DNA of 64,000 nucleotides from positions 2,139-66,138 of the forward strand of contig CAYLYF010000004.1 in assembly GCA_964387595.1 (NCBI GenBank), written 5' to 3'. The notes beneath the pieces were generated by a model. That model was not told where the DNA came from. It saw only the letters and a program-made list of their open reading frames with translations, and made no database searches. Source of the stretch: an uncultured Thermodesulfobacteriota bacterium. Lineage in GTDB: Bacteria > Desulfobacterota > WTBG01 > CAIYCZ01 > CAIRTM01. This document shows positions 9,248 to 19,295 of this stretch, in pieces; position 1 is the stretch's first letter, and the number at the start of each line of letters is the position of its first letter. Position numbers and translations under genes: made by a program.

Positions 9248-10576
9248 ATGTATGATGTTGCAATAGTGGGCGCGGGCCCTTCAGGGCTGCATGCAGCAAA
9301 GTGGGCAGCTAAAAAAGGACTGAGCGTTGTACTCGTAGAAAAACGTATTGATATCTCAAAGATCACCCGGTACTGCAGTGAGCATCTTATTTTAGACGAA
9401 AATTATAATGGCGACACGCTCATTGTGGAGCCCGGTCTACCGCCGGAAGGGCCGTATAAGATCGTTCCTGCAAACAATAAGAACAAGATCCGCTCTGCTA
9501 AATTCGGATGGGAAATAACCTATCACGGTCCCTTATGTCCCTGTCTGGATAAATACTACTATTCCGCCGATCTCGACCACAACGCACATTTTACCTGGCC
9601 GGGGTTCAAACCGCTTGCCTGGAAATATGACAAGGGAGGCCTTCAGCAGCAGCTGCTGGATGAGGTTTTGGCTCTGGGAGTGGAGTATGCTAGCGGAACC
9701 ACCTGTTATGAAGCGCGTGATACCGGGAATTCGGAAGGTGTGCTTTTAAAATGTGTAAGCAAGGGGAAGCGTTTTACCCTGAAAGCCAAAAAACTCCTTG
9801 CTGCGGACGGCGCCAGCGCTCAGATCGCGCAGAGTATGGGAATAAACGATGGCAGAATGTTTTTAGCGACTGCGCCGGTTGTGGCGATCTATATGTCCGG
9901 GGTGAAAGAGTATAACCGGAATCACTGGGTCGGGTACTGGGGGTCGTGCTATGGGTCAAATTACGCACCGCTGATTGGCACCGGCCCTCATGGGCATTTT
10001 GACTGGGCCGATTTGATCATGGTGGGGACTGAAAAACAGCGGCCGCTGGAGCTTTTTGAATATTTTACGAAAAAGAGTCCTGTTGCCTGGAAGTTTGAAA
10101 ATGCCAAAGTCGAGCAGATGCACAGCTGCACCACCAAGGCGTTTGCGCCTTTAAAAAAACCCTACAAGGGGAACTGCCTGGTGATTGGGGACGCAGCGGC
10201 ATTTGTCGAGGTGCAGGCCCAGGGAGCGCTGAACTGCGGGTATTGGGCTGCTGATGCGGTTGCAAAGGAACTGGAAGGCAAAGACGGTTTTGAGGATTAC
10301 GCCCGCACATGGCAGGAGACCTTTGAATTTAACGATGACGGTATGATGCAGGTCACTACCGGATATGCCCTGATTCCATACTATACAGATGAACAGGTGG
10401 TGTATCTGTTTTCTCTTTTAGATGATGTTACGCTGAACGGAAGCTGGAGTCAGTACGAATCGCCCCGCCTGATCTGGGGTGCAATTCACAAACATGATCA
10501 GCGTATTCAGGAGGAACGGCCGGATGTATGGGAGAAGGTTCAGAAACAGCAGGCAAGGAGTCTGGCAGATCAATAA
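9248..10576 (+). CDS. Geranylgeranyl reductase/FixC-like FAD-dependent oxidoreductase, paralog 1
   Basis: YDVAIVGAGPSG, LAADGAS, LVIGDAAA motifs. Confidence 0.88.
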   Translation: MYDVAIVGAGPSGLHAAKWAAKKGLSVVLVEKRIDISKITRYCSEHLILDENYNGDTLIVEPGLPPEGPYKIVPANNKNKIRSAKFGWEITYHGPLCPCLDKYYYSADLDHNAHFTWPGFKPLAWKYDKGGLQQQLLDEVLALGVEYASGTTCYEARDTGNSEGVLLKCVSKGKRFTLKAKKLLAADGASAQIAQSMGINDGRMFLATAPVVAIYMSGVKEYNRNHWVGYWGSCYGSNYAPLIGTGPHGHFDWADLIMVGTEKQRPLELFEYFTKKSPVAWKFENAKVEQMHSCTTKAFAPLKKPYKGNCLVIGDAAAFVEVQAQGALNCGYWAADAVAKELEGKDGFEDYARTWQETFEFNDDGMMQVTTGYALIPYYTDEQVVYLFSLLDDVTLNGSWSQYESPRLIWGAIHKHDQRIQEERPDVWEKVQKQQARSLADQ

Positions 10577-10729
10577 GCGTGTGATGAACGGACAGGAAAG
10601 GTAATAAAATTAATAACAGAAAAAGGTATTGGAGAAAGTTGAAATTTTTAAGCACGGACCCCCTCCTGCAAAAAAAATCTGTTTTCTCCATGCCTTTTGA
10701 TTTTCTCTTAAGGAGGTTGTTTTGAAAAT
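10562..10729 (+). repeat. Copy 1 of a duplicated ~170 bp segment containing a long RNA hairpin (10621-10698) before an SD
   Basis: Aligns with 24483-24653; AAAAGGTATTGGAG...ACGGACCCCCTCC...CTCCATGCCTTTT then TAAGGAGGTTGTTTTGAAAAT. Confidence 0.85.
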
Positions 10730-11357
10730 CATAGGATTTCTGGGAAGCCCCAGGGTTAAGGGAATTTGCTGCCGGCTTTTGCAGGCAGTACTGGATGGCG
10801 CGCAAAGTCGTGGCGCGGTTGTCCATCGGATTGACCTTATTAAACAAAATATTCAGCACTGTATGGGTTGCTGCAAGTGTATTTTTGATGATCCTTTGCT
10901 TCCCATCGGCCGGTGTCCGATAAAAGATGATATGAAAGAAATCCTTGAGGAATATGCTGCGGCGGACGGCTATGTGTTTGCAAGCCCGGTTTATGATGGG
11001 TCCGTTACAGCGCTGATGAAAAAGTTTATGGAAAGAAAATTCGGTTTGGCCCATCGTTCGCCGGAAGCGCATGCCACTATTTGCGCTGCGCGTGTTCCGG
11101 CTGAGTTTAAAAAAAAAGCAGTGATGCTGGTTACCGGAAACTGTCCTGATGAATACCGGGAGGTGATGGGGGACCCCTGTTTTGAGCTGATGGGGGCTGA
11201 CTGGATGATCGAACAGGTTGAAACAACGGGTCAATTATATGTCGGCGGTGTAGAGACCCTGACTGAAACGGAAACTGCCGACCGTCTTGAAAAAGCCTTT
11301 GAGATGGGCCGGGATATGGTTGATAAAATAGAGCAGGAGCGCAACGCATCCGAGTGA
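10722..11357 (+). CDS. Iron-sulfur flavoprotein / NADPH-dependent FMN reductase family
   Basis: KIIGFLGSPR, CMGCCKC...C cluster motif, ADGYVFASPVY; TTG start with AGGAGG. Confidence 0.9.
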   Translation: MKIIGFLGSPRVKGICCRLLQAVLDGAQSRGAVVHRIDLIKQNIQHCMGCCKCIFDDPLLPIGRCPIKDDMKEILEEYAAADGYVFASPVYDGSVTALMKKFMERKFGLAHRSPEAHATICAARVPAEFKKKAVMLVTGNCPDEYREVMGDPCFELMGADWMIEQVETTGQLYVGGVETLTETETADRLEKAFEMGRDMVDKIEQERNASE

Positions 11358-11437
11358 AACAGAGCCTGTGAAGAGGTATGCTGTTATATGGAAATTGCGT
11401 CTTCAGAACATTAAAGCTTCAGAAACAGGAGATAAAA

Positions 11438-12703
11438 TTGGAACATGGAAAAAAAGGACCTCTACATGGCGTGACCATACTGGATTTTACCTGGGTGCTG
11501 GCAGGACCCTTTGCGACCCGGACACTTGCGGATATGGGTGCAGAGATTATCAAGGTTGAGCGCTACAAGGATGGAACCAATGAACGGCACTTACCCCTGA
11601 TTGTGGAAAATGATGGGGTAAAGCAAAGTTCTTATAACATTAACTGCAATCGGGGAAAAAAGAGTATTTGTGTGAATCTGAAAGAAGTTCAGGGCCGGGA
11701 GTTGATCCATGACCTGATCAAAAAAAGCGATGTGCTGATGGAAAACTTTGCGCCAGGCGTTATGGAACGTTTGGACCTTGATTATGATTCTGTAAAAAAG
11801 ATCAATCCGGAAATTGTTTACTGCTCGGTGTCCTGCTTTGGGCACTGGGGACCTTATGCGATGAAACCCGGGTATGATCTGATTGCCCAGGGGGCCAGTG
11901 GATGGACCGATCAGAGCATTACGACCCAGATCGCGCCGGTTTCAATCGGTGACATGACTGCGTCAATGCATGCGGCAACAGCAGTTCTGGCAGCGCTTTA
12001 CAGCCGGAAGGAAACCGGGAAAGGTCAGAATATTGATATCTCCATGATGGACTGCTTATTTACCTTTCATGAAAATACGCTGCCCTGGTATCTGCTGACG
12101 GATGCTATCGGCAAGCCGGTTGAGCCGCCAAAGATCGGGCGGTTGCATCCGGGATATGCGCCCTATGGGATTTATAAGGCAAAGGACGGAGATATTACCA
12201 TAGCCTGTTTAACCCAGCCGCGCTGGGAAGGATTGGTTCGGGCCATGGGCCGGGATTATGAGTGGCTGCTTTCAGATCCCAGAGCGGCCGATGTTTCCAC
12301 CCGGTGTACGGAAAATAACGCGCCGTTTATTCACAAAGTTGTTGAGGAATGGGTTTTGTCAAATACTTCGGTTGACCAGGTGGAGAAAAAACTGGAAAAG
12401 AACGGTGTTCCCTGTCTCCGGGTCAGGGGGATTAAGGAGCTGGCAGACGTGGATCCTCATATTAAAGCACGAGAAATGATGGTTGAGGTTGAACAGCCGT
12501 TTGTGGGTAAAATGAAGATGTACGGCAGTCCGTTTAAAATGTCTGAAACACCCTGCGGCATTAAAGGACATGCGCCGCTGCTGGGGGAAAACAATTTTGA
12601 TGTCCTGCGTAAGAATCTTGGTTATACAGAGGATAAGATTTCAGAGCTTTATGACAATAATGTCCTCTATCATGAAGTGGCTGTTAATAGGTTAAAACCT
12701 TAA
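11438..12703 (+). CDS. Family III CoA transferase (CaiB/BaiF)
   Basis: PLHGVTILDFTWVLAGPF, NRGKKSI, ENFAPG, PGYDLIAQ; TTG 11438 with AGGAG preferred over 11378. Confidence 0.93.
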   Translation: MEHGKKGPLHGVTILDFTWVLAGPFATRTLADMGAEIIKVERYKDGTNERHLPLIVENDGVKQSSYNINCNRGKKSICVNLKEVQGRELIHDLIKKSDVLMENFAPGVMERLDLDYDSVKKINPEIVYCSVSCFGHWGPYAMKPGYDLIAQGASGWTDQSITTQIAPVSIGDMTASMHAATAVLAALYSRKETGKGQNIDISMMDCLFTFHENTLPWYLLTDAIGKPVEPPKIGRLHPGYAPYGIYKAKDGDITIACLTQPRWEGLVRAMGRDYEWLLSDPRAADVSTRCTENNAPFIHKVVEEWVLSNTSVDQVEKKLEKNGVPCLRVRGIKELADVDPHIKAREMMVEVEQPFVGKMKMYGSPFKMSETPCGIKGHAPLLGENNFDVLRKNLGYTEDKISELYDNNVLYHEVAVNRLKP

Positions 12704-12730
12704 TATAATTAATAACCGAAGAAGAAGGGA

Positions 12731-13771
12731 ATGAAAAAGATGACTAAAGAGAAAAATTCTGCTCAGGAAGAAAACACAGAAGGCACCATTGAAAAAATGA
12801 TGCAGATGAAACCGTTCCGGCATTTTGACAGCCATGGCCATCCGGGTCTTGAAAAAAAAGGGATTGCGGACAGACAAGGGTGTCAGGAGTTCTGGTGCGG
12901 CAACTCGGTTGTGTCCCGCAGCATGATGGGCGCCCGCGCTTTGCTGGGCGACCCCAACCCTTTTGCCGTGATCACAAAACCTGAAGAATGCCCTGAGATG
13001 ACGCCGGAAGTATTCGTTCAGTATATGGACCAGGCCAATATTGAAGGGATGTGCCTGCAGGCGATACACGGGGTGACTGAACCCTTTGGCCCGGACAAGA
13101 AGGTCTGGAAATGGCATGTGCCCAATGAATACGTGAAAAAAGAGTTTATCGACGCTTTTCCCGGACGGTTCACGGCCGTGGGCGGAGTGCATACCCGTTA
13201 CGGCGTGGAAGCCGCGCTGGAAATGGTGCAGTCGGCCCATGACTGCGGTTTTCCGGGGCTGAAGTTTCATACCGCAACCTCCGGCTGTCCTAATATGAAG
13301 GAGATGTACCCGGTCTATGAAAAATGCGTGGAGCTCGGTCTTCATGTCCAGTTTCACACCGGATGCGAGGAATTGCCCGGTACGCGGACCAAGTGGCAGA
13401 ACCCGGAGCATATGGATGACGTGGCCATTGATTTTCCGGACCTGAAAATCCTGCAGCTGCACTGCGGCATGTTCAATAATATTGAAATGAGTCTCTGGCA
13501 TGTGATGAAGCATGATAATTATTATACGGACGTGGTTATGCCGGTACCCCTGCTGATGCATTTCCGGCAGTTTTTCGACATGGACCACATGCGGTTTCTG
13601 GAGTTTTTTATACCGGACAAGGTCTTCTATGGCACGGATTTTCCGCTGACCATGCCGTTTTACAAACCCATGCTGGACAATATTATGAATATGCCGCTGA
13701 GCATGGAGTTTAAGCATAAATTGACCGGTAATAACTTTAGAAAGTTTGTGAACTGGGAGAGTGCTGCCTGA
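12731..13771 (+). CDS. Amidohydrolase_2 family metal-dependent hydrolase/decarboxylase
   Basis: DSHGH, GLKFH, VQFHTG, LQLHCG, VFYGTDFP. Confidence 0.9.
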   Translation: MKKMTKEKNSAQEENTEGTIEKMMQMKPFRHFDSHGHPGLEKKGIADRQGCQEFWCGNSVVSRSMMGARALLGDPNPFAVITKPEECPEMTPEVFVQYMDQANIEGMCLQAIHGVTEPFGPDKKVWKWHVPNEYVKKEFIDAFPGRFTAVGGVHTRYGVEAALEMVQSAHDCGFPGLKFHTATSGCPNMKEMYPVYEKCVELGLHVQFHTGCEELPGTRTKWQNPEHMDDVAIDFPDLKILQLHCGMFNNIEMSLWHVMKHDNYYTDVVMPVPLLMHFRQFFDMDHMRFLEFFIPDKVFYGTDFPLTMPFYKPMLDNIMNMPLSMEFKHKLTGNNFRKFVNWESAA

Positions 13772-13849
13772 TAGATCGTCATATGAATCGTTTATGAATA
13801 AACAGACGTAACACGGCCAGCGCCGGTATGCGTTAACGGAGGAAAAGAA

Positions 13850-15046
13850 ATGAGAGAAGTTGTCGTTCTGGGCGCCTGCCGAACACCTATTGGAAGTTTC
13901 CTGGGCACCTTAAAAAATGTTCATGTAAAAGAACTGGGCAGGATTGTCGGTTCGGAAGCAATTAAAAGAGCAGGAATAACAGCGGATGATATTGACGAGA
14001 TTGTGTGCGGCAATGTGATTCAGGCGGGTGCCGGAGGGAATGTGGGCCGGCAGATACAGGGGGCTCTCGGTATTCCCTGGTCTGCCCCAGCCTGTACTGT
14101 TAATCAGCTGTGTGCTTCGGCGATGCGTGCTTTTGAGATCGGTGCCCGGAACATTATTTGCGGCGCAACAGACAGTTGCCTTGTCCTGGGTGTGGAAAAT
14201 ATGACGATGGCGCCTTATTTGATTCCTCAGGCCCGCAGCGGATACCGGATGGGTTCCGGAACCCTTGAGGACGCCATGCTTCTGGACGCGCTGGTGTGTT
14301 CGGTCGAGAATTATCATATGGGCGTAACAGCGGAAAACATTGCAACGCATTTTGAGATCTCAAGGCAGGAGCAGGATGCGCTTGCGGTGTTAAGTCAGAA
14401 TCGGGCAGCAGCTGCCATAAAAAGTGGAAGATTTAAAGACGAGATCGTTCCGGTTCAGGTCAAAAACAGGAAAGAGACCATTCTTTTTGATACGGATGAA
14501 CATCCCCGCGGAGGCACAACGGAAGAGACCTTATCGAAGTTAAAGCCTGTTTTCAGGGAAAACGGTACAGTCACTGCCGGAAATGCTTCCGGGGTGAATG
14601 ACGGAGCGGCTGCGGTGATACTGATGTTGCGGGAGAAAGCAGAAAAACTCAATCTTATTCCCCGGGTAAAAGTTCTTGCGACAGCAAGCGTGGGAGTTGA
14701 GCCGGAGGTGATGGGGCTGGGCCCTGCCCGGGCCATTCCCGGAGCCTTAAAATCGGCAGGACTTGATTTTGAACAAATAGATTATTTTGAGGTCAATGAA
14801 GCTTTCGCGGCCCAGTTTCTGGGGGTGGGAAGAATTCTTGAAATAGAGTACGGAATGGTTCTTAACATGGAAAAAACTAACCGGAACGGGTCAGGTATTT
14901 CACTTGGACATCCGGTAGGCTGTTCAGGCCTTCGCGTCATTGTGTCGCTGATTCATGAAATGTATAAAACGGGCGAAAACCTGGGCTGCGCATCCCTGTG
15001 TGCCGGGGGTGGCCCGGGTATGGCAGCCATACTTGAAAGGCTGTAA
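13850..15046 (+). CDS. Thiolase (acetyl-CoA C-acyltransferase)
   Basis: RTPIG, NQLCASA, TAGNASGVNDGAAA, NEAFAAQ, GHPVGCSG, LCAGGG. Confidence 0.96.
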   Translation: MREVVVLGACRTPIGSFLGTLKNVHVKELGRIVGSEAIKRAGITADDIDEIVCGNVIQAGAGGNVGRQIQGALGIPWSAPACTVNQLCASAMRAFEIGARNIICGATDSCLVLGVENMTMAPYLIPQARSGYRMGSGTLEDAMLLDALVCSVENYHMGVTAENIATHFEISRQEQDALAVLSQNRAAAAIKSGRFKDEIVPVQVKNRKETILFDTDEHPRGGTTEETLSKLKPVFRENGTVTAGNASGVNDGAAAVILMLREKAEKLNLIPRVKVLATASVGVEPEVMGLGPARAIPGALKSAGLDFEQIDYFEVNEAFAAQFLGVGRILEIEYGMVLNMEKTNRNGSGISLGHPVGCSGLRVIVSLIHEMYKTGENLGCASLCAGGGPGMAAILERL

Positions 15047-15170
15047 CCGGCGGAGTTTCTGAGCGAAAAGGTGATGCGCACACGCCACATTCAGGTATGG
15101 AGCTTCCACAAAATAAATGCCATGAACATAAAATAAAGTAAAAACCTGAAAATATTATTGTGAGAAAAAA

Positions 15171-16187
15171 ATGGAAAATTCTAAAAAAAAAGGGCTGCTT
15201 GTCTACGATTCAATATATGGCGCGACTGCAGAAGTAGCCTACTGGATAAAAGATCTGATCGGAAAAGAGCACTACCTTGAGGTGAAGCGACAGGGTCAGG
15301 TGACGACGGTCAGGCCCTTTGATTATATTATTATCGGCAGTTACACCCGGCGGGAAAAACCTTCCAAAGCAACTTATGCCTTTGTACAGAAACATCTTGA
15401 AGATCTGTCTCAAAAACAGGTGTGCTATTTTCTGACCTGCGGAGACAGTGACGAAACCCAGCTGCTTAATATTCCCGGATCACCTCCCCATTTGATTGCC
15501 GGGCGGAATTATTTTACGGATATCCTTAAAAAATTTTCGGCGGTAAAGCCGTTGGTGATCGGCGGGTTTGGGGGGCGGCAGGTCTATCCGGCGCTTCACC
15601 TGATGGACAGATTAACCGTTGATCTGGTGGGGAAAATGGCCAAGGAAAGCGGTGCGCCCTGGCAGGGACGCGATATCTGGGAATCGCTGATCCCGGAACG
15701 GGTGGAGGTTTTTGCCGGAGAGATCCGGGAGAAAATACTTGAAAAGCCGGCAAAAGAAGATGTTATGCCGTACCGATGCTATTGGCAATCCATTCTTCCA
15801 GCAGCACTTAGTGATGACGGGATGTTAAAGCAGGATCCCGGGAAGTACACCACCCGGCTGAGTACACCGAAAGTCTATTTTAGCAGGTCACATATCAGAG
15901 GTGATTTTGAAACGCTGGATCCTCTTATCCTTGAATGGGCCGATCAGGCGGGTGTTCAGTTGCTTGAGCAGAGCAGAACATTTTTTAACATCTATTGCCA
16001 TGCTGTAAAATCATACCGTAATAAGAAAGCAACCATTCACATAACTTCGGCCGTTTTTCCTGAGGATCCCGGTAATGTTCATGTTGCCTTTCGCTGTTAT
16101 GAAAAACAGCCGGCGCGTGAGGGAGCTGAACACGATATTCAGAGTGCAGAAAAAATCCTGTGGGCAGAAGGCCGTCAGGTGGAATGA
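15171..16187 (+). CDS. HemG-like long-chain flavodoxin with unknown C-terminal extension
   Basis: LLVYDSIYGATAEVA, FDYIIIGS, FVQKHLEDLSQKQVCYF, FGG typical of Flavodoxin_5/HemG; about 150 extra residues. Confidence 0.7.
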   Translation: MENSKKKGLLVYDSIYGATAEVAYWIKDLIGKEHYLEVKRQGQVTTVRPFDYIIIGSYTRREKPSKATYAFVQKHLEDLSQKQVCYFLTCGDSDETQLLNIPGSPPHLIAGRNYFTDILKKFSAVKPLVIGGFGGRQVYPALHLMDRLTVDLVGKMAKESGAPWQGRDIWESLIPERVEVFAGEIREKILEKPAKEDVMPYRCYWQSILPAALSDDGMLKQDPGKYTTRLSTPKVYFSRSHIRGDFETLDPLILEWADQAGVQLLEQSRTFFNIYCHAVKSYRNKKATIHITSAVFPEDPGNVHVAFRCYEKQPAREGAEHDIQSAEKILWAEGRQVE

Positions 16188-16393
16188 AATAATGCTGCCG
16201 GTGGTGTCAGAACCGGATTTTCCAACGAATCTGGCATTCCGGAAGATCAGAACAAAAGGCTATGAGAAGACAATGCGCAGCCCTCTTAAGCGGGATACAT
16301 TCTTTTCTTAACAGGAATATGCTTTTCAGATCAGCCAAAAGCAATCTTTCTTTTAAATAAAGATTTTAATGCATGACTAAAAAGGAGGGAAAG

Positions 16394-17947
16394 ATGAAAA
16401 GGGCAATTTGTTTTAGTCTGGGGTTTGTGTTTTTTATGCTTGCGGCAGAGAGTGCCCTGGCAACGGTGAAACTGTTTGATGAAAAGCTTACTTTAAACGG
16501 TTATGTAAAGGAAGTGGCTTTCTACAGAACCAGCATGCAGGATATGGAGGCGAAATATCATGATACGAACTTTGATTTCTTAAAGACAAGCGCTGGTATT
16601 GAGGCACTCTACAGCATAAAGGAGAGTCAGGATCTGACCATTCGGTTTTTTACGGGGTTAAAATGGTGGTATGAAGCCGCGCCCAGAATTGATGACCAGT
16701 ATGGACGGTCGATGGATCACCGGTTCAAAAAAGATTACGTGACGCCGAGGGATTTTGATGAGGATGTGCTGAATGAGGCATATTTTGATTTTATCAGCGG
16801 TCCCTTTCAGGTCCGAATCGGAAAGCAGATCGTTGTTTGGGGAAACCTTGATGTAGACCGGGCCGCGGATGTAGTTAATCCCGTTGATCTTCGCCACGCC
16901 ATGTTTGGTGTAGACAAGTGGGAAGAATTCAAGCGCGGCATATTTATGATTCGGATGTTCTACCAGACCCAGCTTCCGGGTAATCTCCGCATGGAAGCTA
17001 TATTCAATCCCGGTGATTTTAAACAGGATCTTCTTCCCCTGGACGGCGGTGGTCATTACGGCACGCCGCTCCACCTGAACAATCCATTTGATTCAGATCC
17101 ATCCTTTATGCACTGGCAGTTTGAGAAATCCCGCAGGGATGCGCCGGGGTGGAGCACAAACAACTATGAGTTCGGGTTCAAACTCAGCGGGTATACCTGG
17201 GATATTGACTGGAGCCTGATCTATTATAATTCAATAAACGGTGCTCCTATTATTGATCCCAAAGCTGTCGGACCTTTCATGGAGCAGTATATTTTTGGAA
17301 ATATTCTGCCCTGGCAGGAGGTGGGCGACTGGCCCGGTTACAGGGTTTTTAAATATAAACGGAATCAGATTGTGGGTGGTACTTTTGAAAAATGTATGAC
17401 AAGCGGCGGACTGCTTCGCGGGTCTACCCTTACAGTAGAATGGTATTATGATATCCATTCCCCGTTTAATCTTGGGACCAACGGGGATGCCTCTGCTACC
17501 TATGGAATGATCAGAAAAAACATATTGGGAGGAGCGGTAAAGTTTTATCAGAAATATAATATCCCTGGATTTACCCAAAGCCGGATCTGCACGGGAAAAC
17601 AGTTTGAAATGACCATCACCTATTACTTTGAAAAAATTTTCAAGGATGAGTATGATCTGATTCAGAATACACGCTATCATCGCCGGGGGGATTCTGTGGC
17701 GGATAGTATTTCGGTATTTTGCATGCAGCCGATGTTTAATTATGTCTGGACTTTCGTATTTAACTCCTACTACAAACCCAGAATTGGTAAATGGTTTGTG
17801 ATGCCTGCGGTAAGATATAATTTCCCCGGCAAGCATTGGTCGTTTGAAACAGGTCTCTGCCTTTATGGCGGTGCAAAAAATGACTATACCCACAGTGTTT
17901 ATGAACATAAGGACAGTGTGATATTGAAACTTACCTATGAGTGGTAA
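16394..17947 (+). CDS. DUF1302-like outer-membrane beta-barrel, paralog 1
   Basis: Signal peptide, LNEAYFD, VRIGKQIVVWG, DVVNPVDL, C-terminal DSVILKLTYEW; upstream of DUF1329; start chosen by AAGGAGG. Confidence 0.8.
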   Translation: MKRAICFSLGFVFFMLAAESALATVKLFDEKLTLNGYVKEVAFYRTSMQDMEAKYHDTNFDFLKTSAGIEALYSIKESQDLTIRFFTGLKWWYEAAPRIDDQYGRSMDHRFKKDYVTPRDFDEDVLNEAYFDFISGPFQVRIGKQIVVWGNLDVDRAADVVNPVDLRHAMFGVDKWEEFKRGIFMIRMFYQTQLPGNLRMEAIFNPGDFKQDLLPLDGGGHYGTPLHLNNPFDSDPSFMHWQFEKSRRDAPGWSTNNYEFGFKLSGYTWDIDWSLIYYNSINGAPIIDPKAVGPFMEQYIFGNILPWQEVGDWPGYRVFKYKRNQIVGGTFEKCMTSGGLLRGSTLTVEWYYDIHSPFNLGTNGDASATYGMIRKNILGGAVKFYQKYNIPGFTQSRICTGKQFEMTITYYFEKIFKDEYDLIQNTRYHRRGDSVADSISVFCMQPMFNYVWTFVFNSYYKPRIGKWFVMPAVRYNFPGKHWSFETGLCLYGGAKNDYTHSVYEHKDSVILKLTYEW

Positions 17948-17984
17948 TGACATTTAAAATTCTTTTTGGAAGGGGGATACATTA

Positions 17985-19265
17985 ATGAAAGAAATAAAAA
18001 GACAGCATTATGTTTTTTGCTCCATGATTAGCTGTGTCATTTTACTTGTATTTTTCATATCCACATTGCGGGCTGAAGAAATAGTTTATCCGACTTCAGC
18101 TTATTCCAAAGATGAGCTTGCAAAGGTCAGGGAGTGGGAGAAAAACTGGGCAGGTAAAAACCTCGATAAAACAAACGTTGATCAGGTGGCTGAATTTTTG
18201 CCTGAATCTTATGTGGATATTTATAAAAATCCTGAAAAATGGGGGGCTCCTCCGGGTGAAAACATTACATCGATTCTTGTTCCGTACCAGCAGATCATTG
18301 AAACAAAGGGAATGATCGAAGCAACGAAAAAGTATGCACCTCTGGTTAAGACCAATCTGGACGGGTCCATCGCTAATTATGGTGAAATTGCGGGGGTGCC
18401 TTATCCGGCTCCGAAAACAGGTATTGAGATTGCCTGGAATATGGACTTTAATAACCATGGAGATACAGAGCATTATATGCGGGACGGACCGAACATCAAT
18501 CCGAAACAGAGAACCGAACGGTCCAGCAAGCAGGAGCAATGGTATTTGACTTTCATGCACCGGACTGAAATGGATCCCAAACCGGTACTGCCTACTAAAA
18601 AAGGAATTCTTCGCGGAACCTTTGTTCATATGTATGAACCTCCAGAGTTTATCAATACCCGGTACTATAATTTGAGATTTATGGATACGGCGAAAGATGA
18701 TATGACCTATTTCTGGTATGCCCAGTTCAGGAGAATCAGGCGTTTATCTACCACCCAGCGTACGGATTCGATTGATGGTACGGACCTGATTTATGATGAT
18801 GAATTTTTCTGGGATGGACATATTACCCGGAATACCTATACGCACAAAGGGAAGAAAGATCTTTTATGCTGTCGACACCAGGATGTGTCAAAGTTTAACC
18901 GTCCTAACGGCCAGATTATGTCAAACGACCTGATGCTGGAACGTCTGAACACACTGGTGGTGGATGTGTTCAACAAGGACCCGAGTTATCTATACAGCAA
19001 GCGGATCTGGTATGTTGACCCGGAGACTTATATTATTTTATGGACAGAGATCTACGATCAGAAGGGGCGTTTCTGGAAATGTTTCATGCAAAACACGGGG
19101 AACAATAAAACAGCCCTGGGTGAGACCAAGAACAATATTGTGGGATCGGTCTTTGTGGATTACCAGCGGACTCATGGCGGGCACAGTACAAACAAAATAA
19201 AAGGGGTTTCTGTTGAGCTCGATACCAAGATGTTTTCCATAACGAATCTGCAGAGAACGTACTAA
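17985..19265 (+). CDS. DUF1329 (LolA-like) periplasmic protein, paralog 1
   Basis: GVPYPAPKTGIEIAWN, RRIRRLS, YSKRIWYVDPET, YDQKGRFWK. Confidence 0.88.
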   Translation: MKEIKRQHYVFCSMISCVILLVFFISTLRAEEIVYPTSAYSKDELAKVREWEKNWAGKNLDKTNVDQVAEFLPESYVDIYKNPEKWGAPPGENITSILVPYQQIIETKGMIEATKKYAPLVKTNLDGSIANYGEIAGVPYPAPKTGIEIAWNMDFNNHGDTEHYMRDGPNINPKQRTERSSKQEQWYLTFMHRTEMDPKPVLPTKKGILRGTFVHMYEPPEFINTRYYNLRFMDTAKDDMTYFWYAQFRRIRRLSTTQRTDSIDGTDLIYDDEFFWDGHITRNTYTHKGKKDLLCCRHQDVSKFNRPNGQIMSNDLMLERLNTLVVDVFNKDPSYLYSKRIWYVDPETYIILWTEIYDQKGRFWKCFMQNTGNNKTALGETKNNIVGSVFVDYQRTHGGHSTNKIKGVSVELDTKMFSITNLQRTY

Positions 19266-19295
19266 AATCATTAATTAAACAAAGGAGGGTTAGCT

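Noticed and set aside
12692-13717. 341 aa minus-strand ORF, and similar long antisense ORFs at 6325, 10428, 17231, 29121 and 35434
   Set aside because: They lie wholly or largely opposite well-supported genes and show no recognisable motifs.
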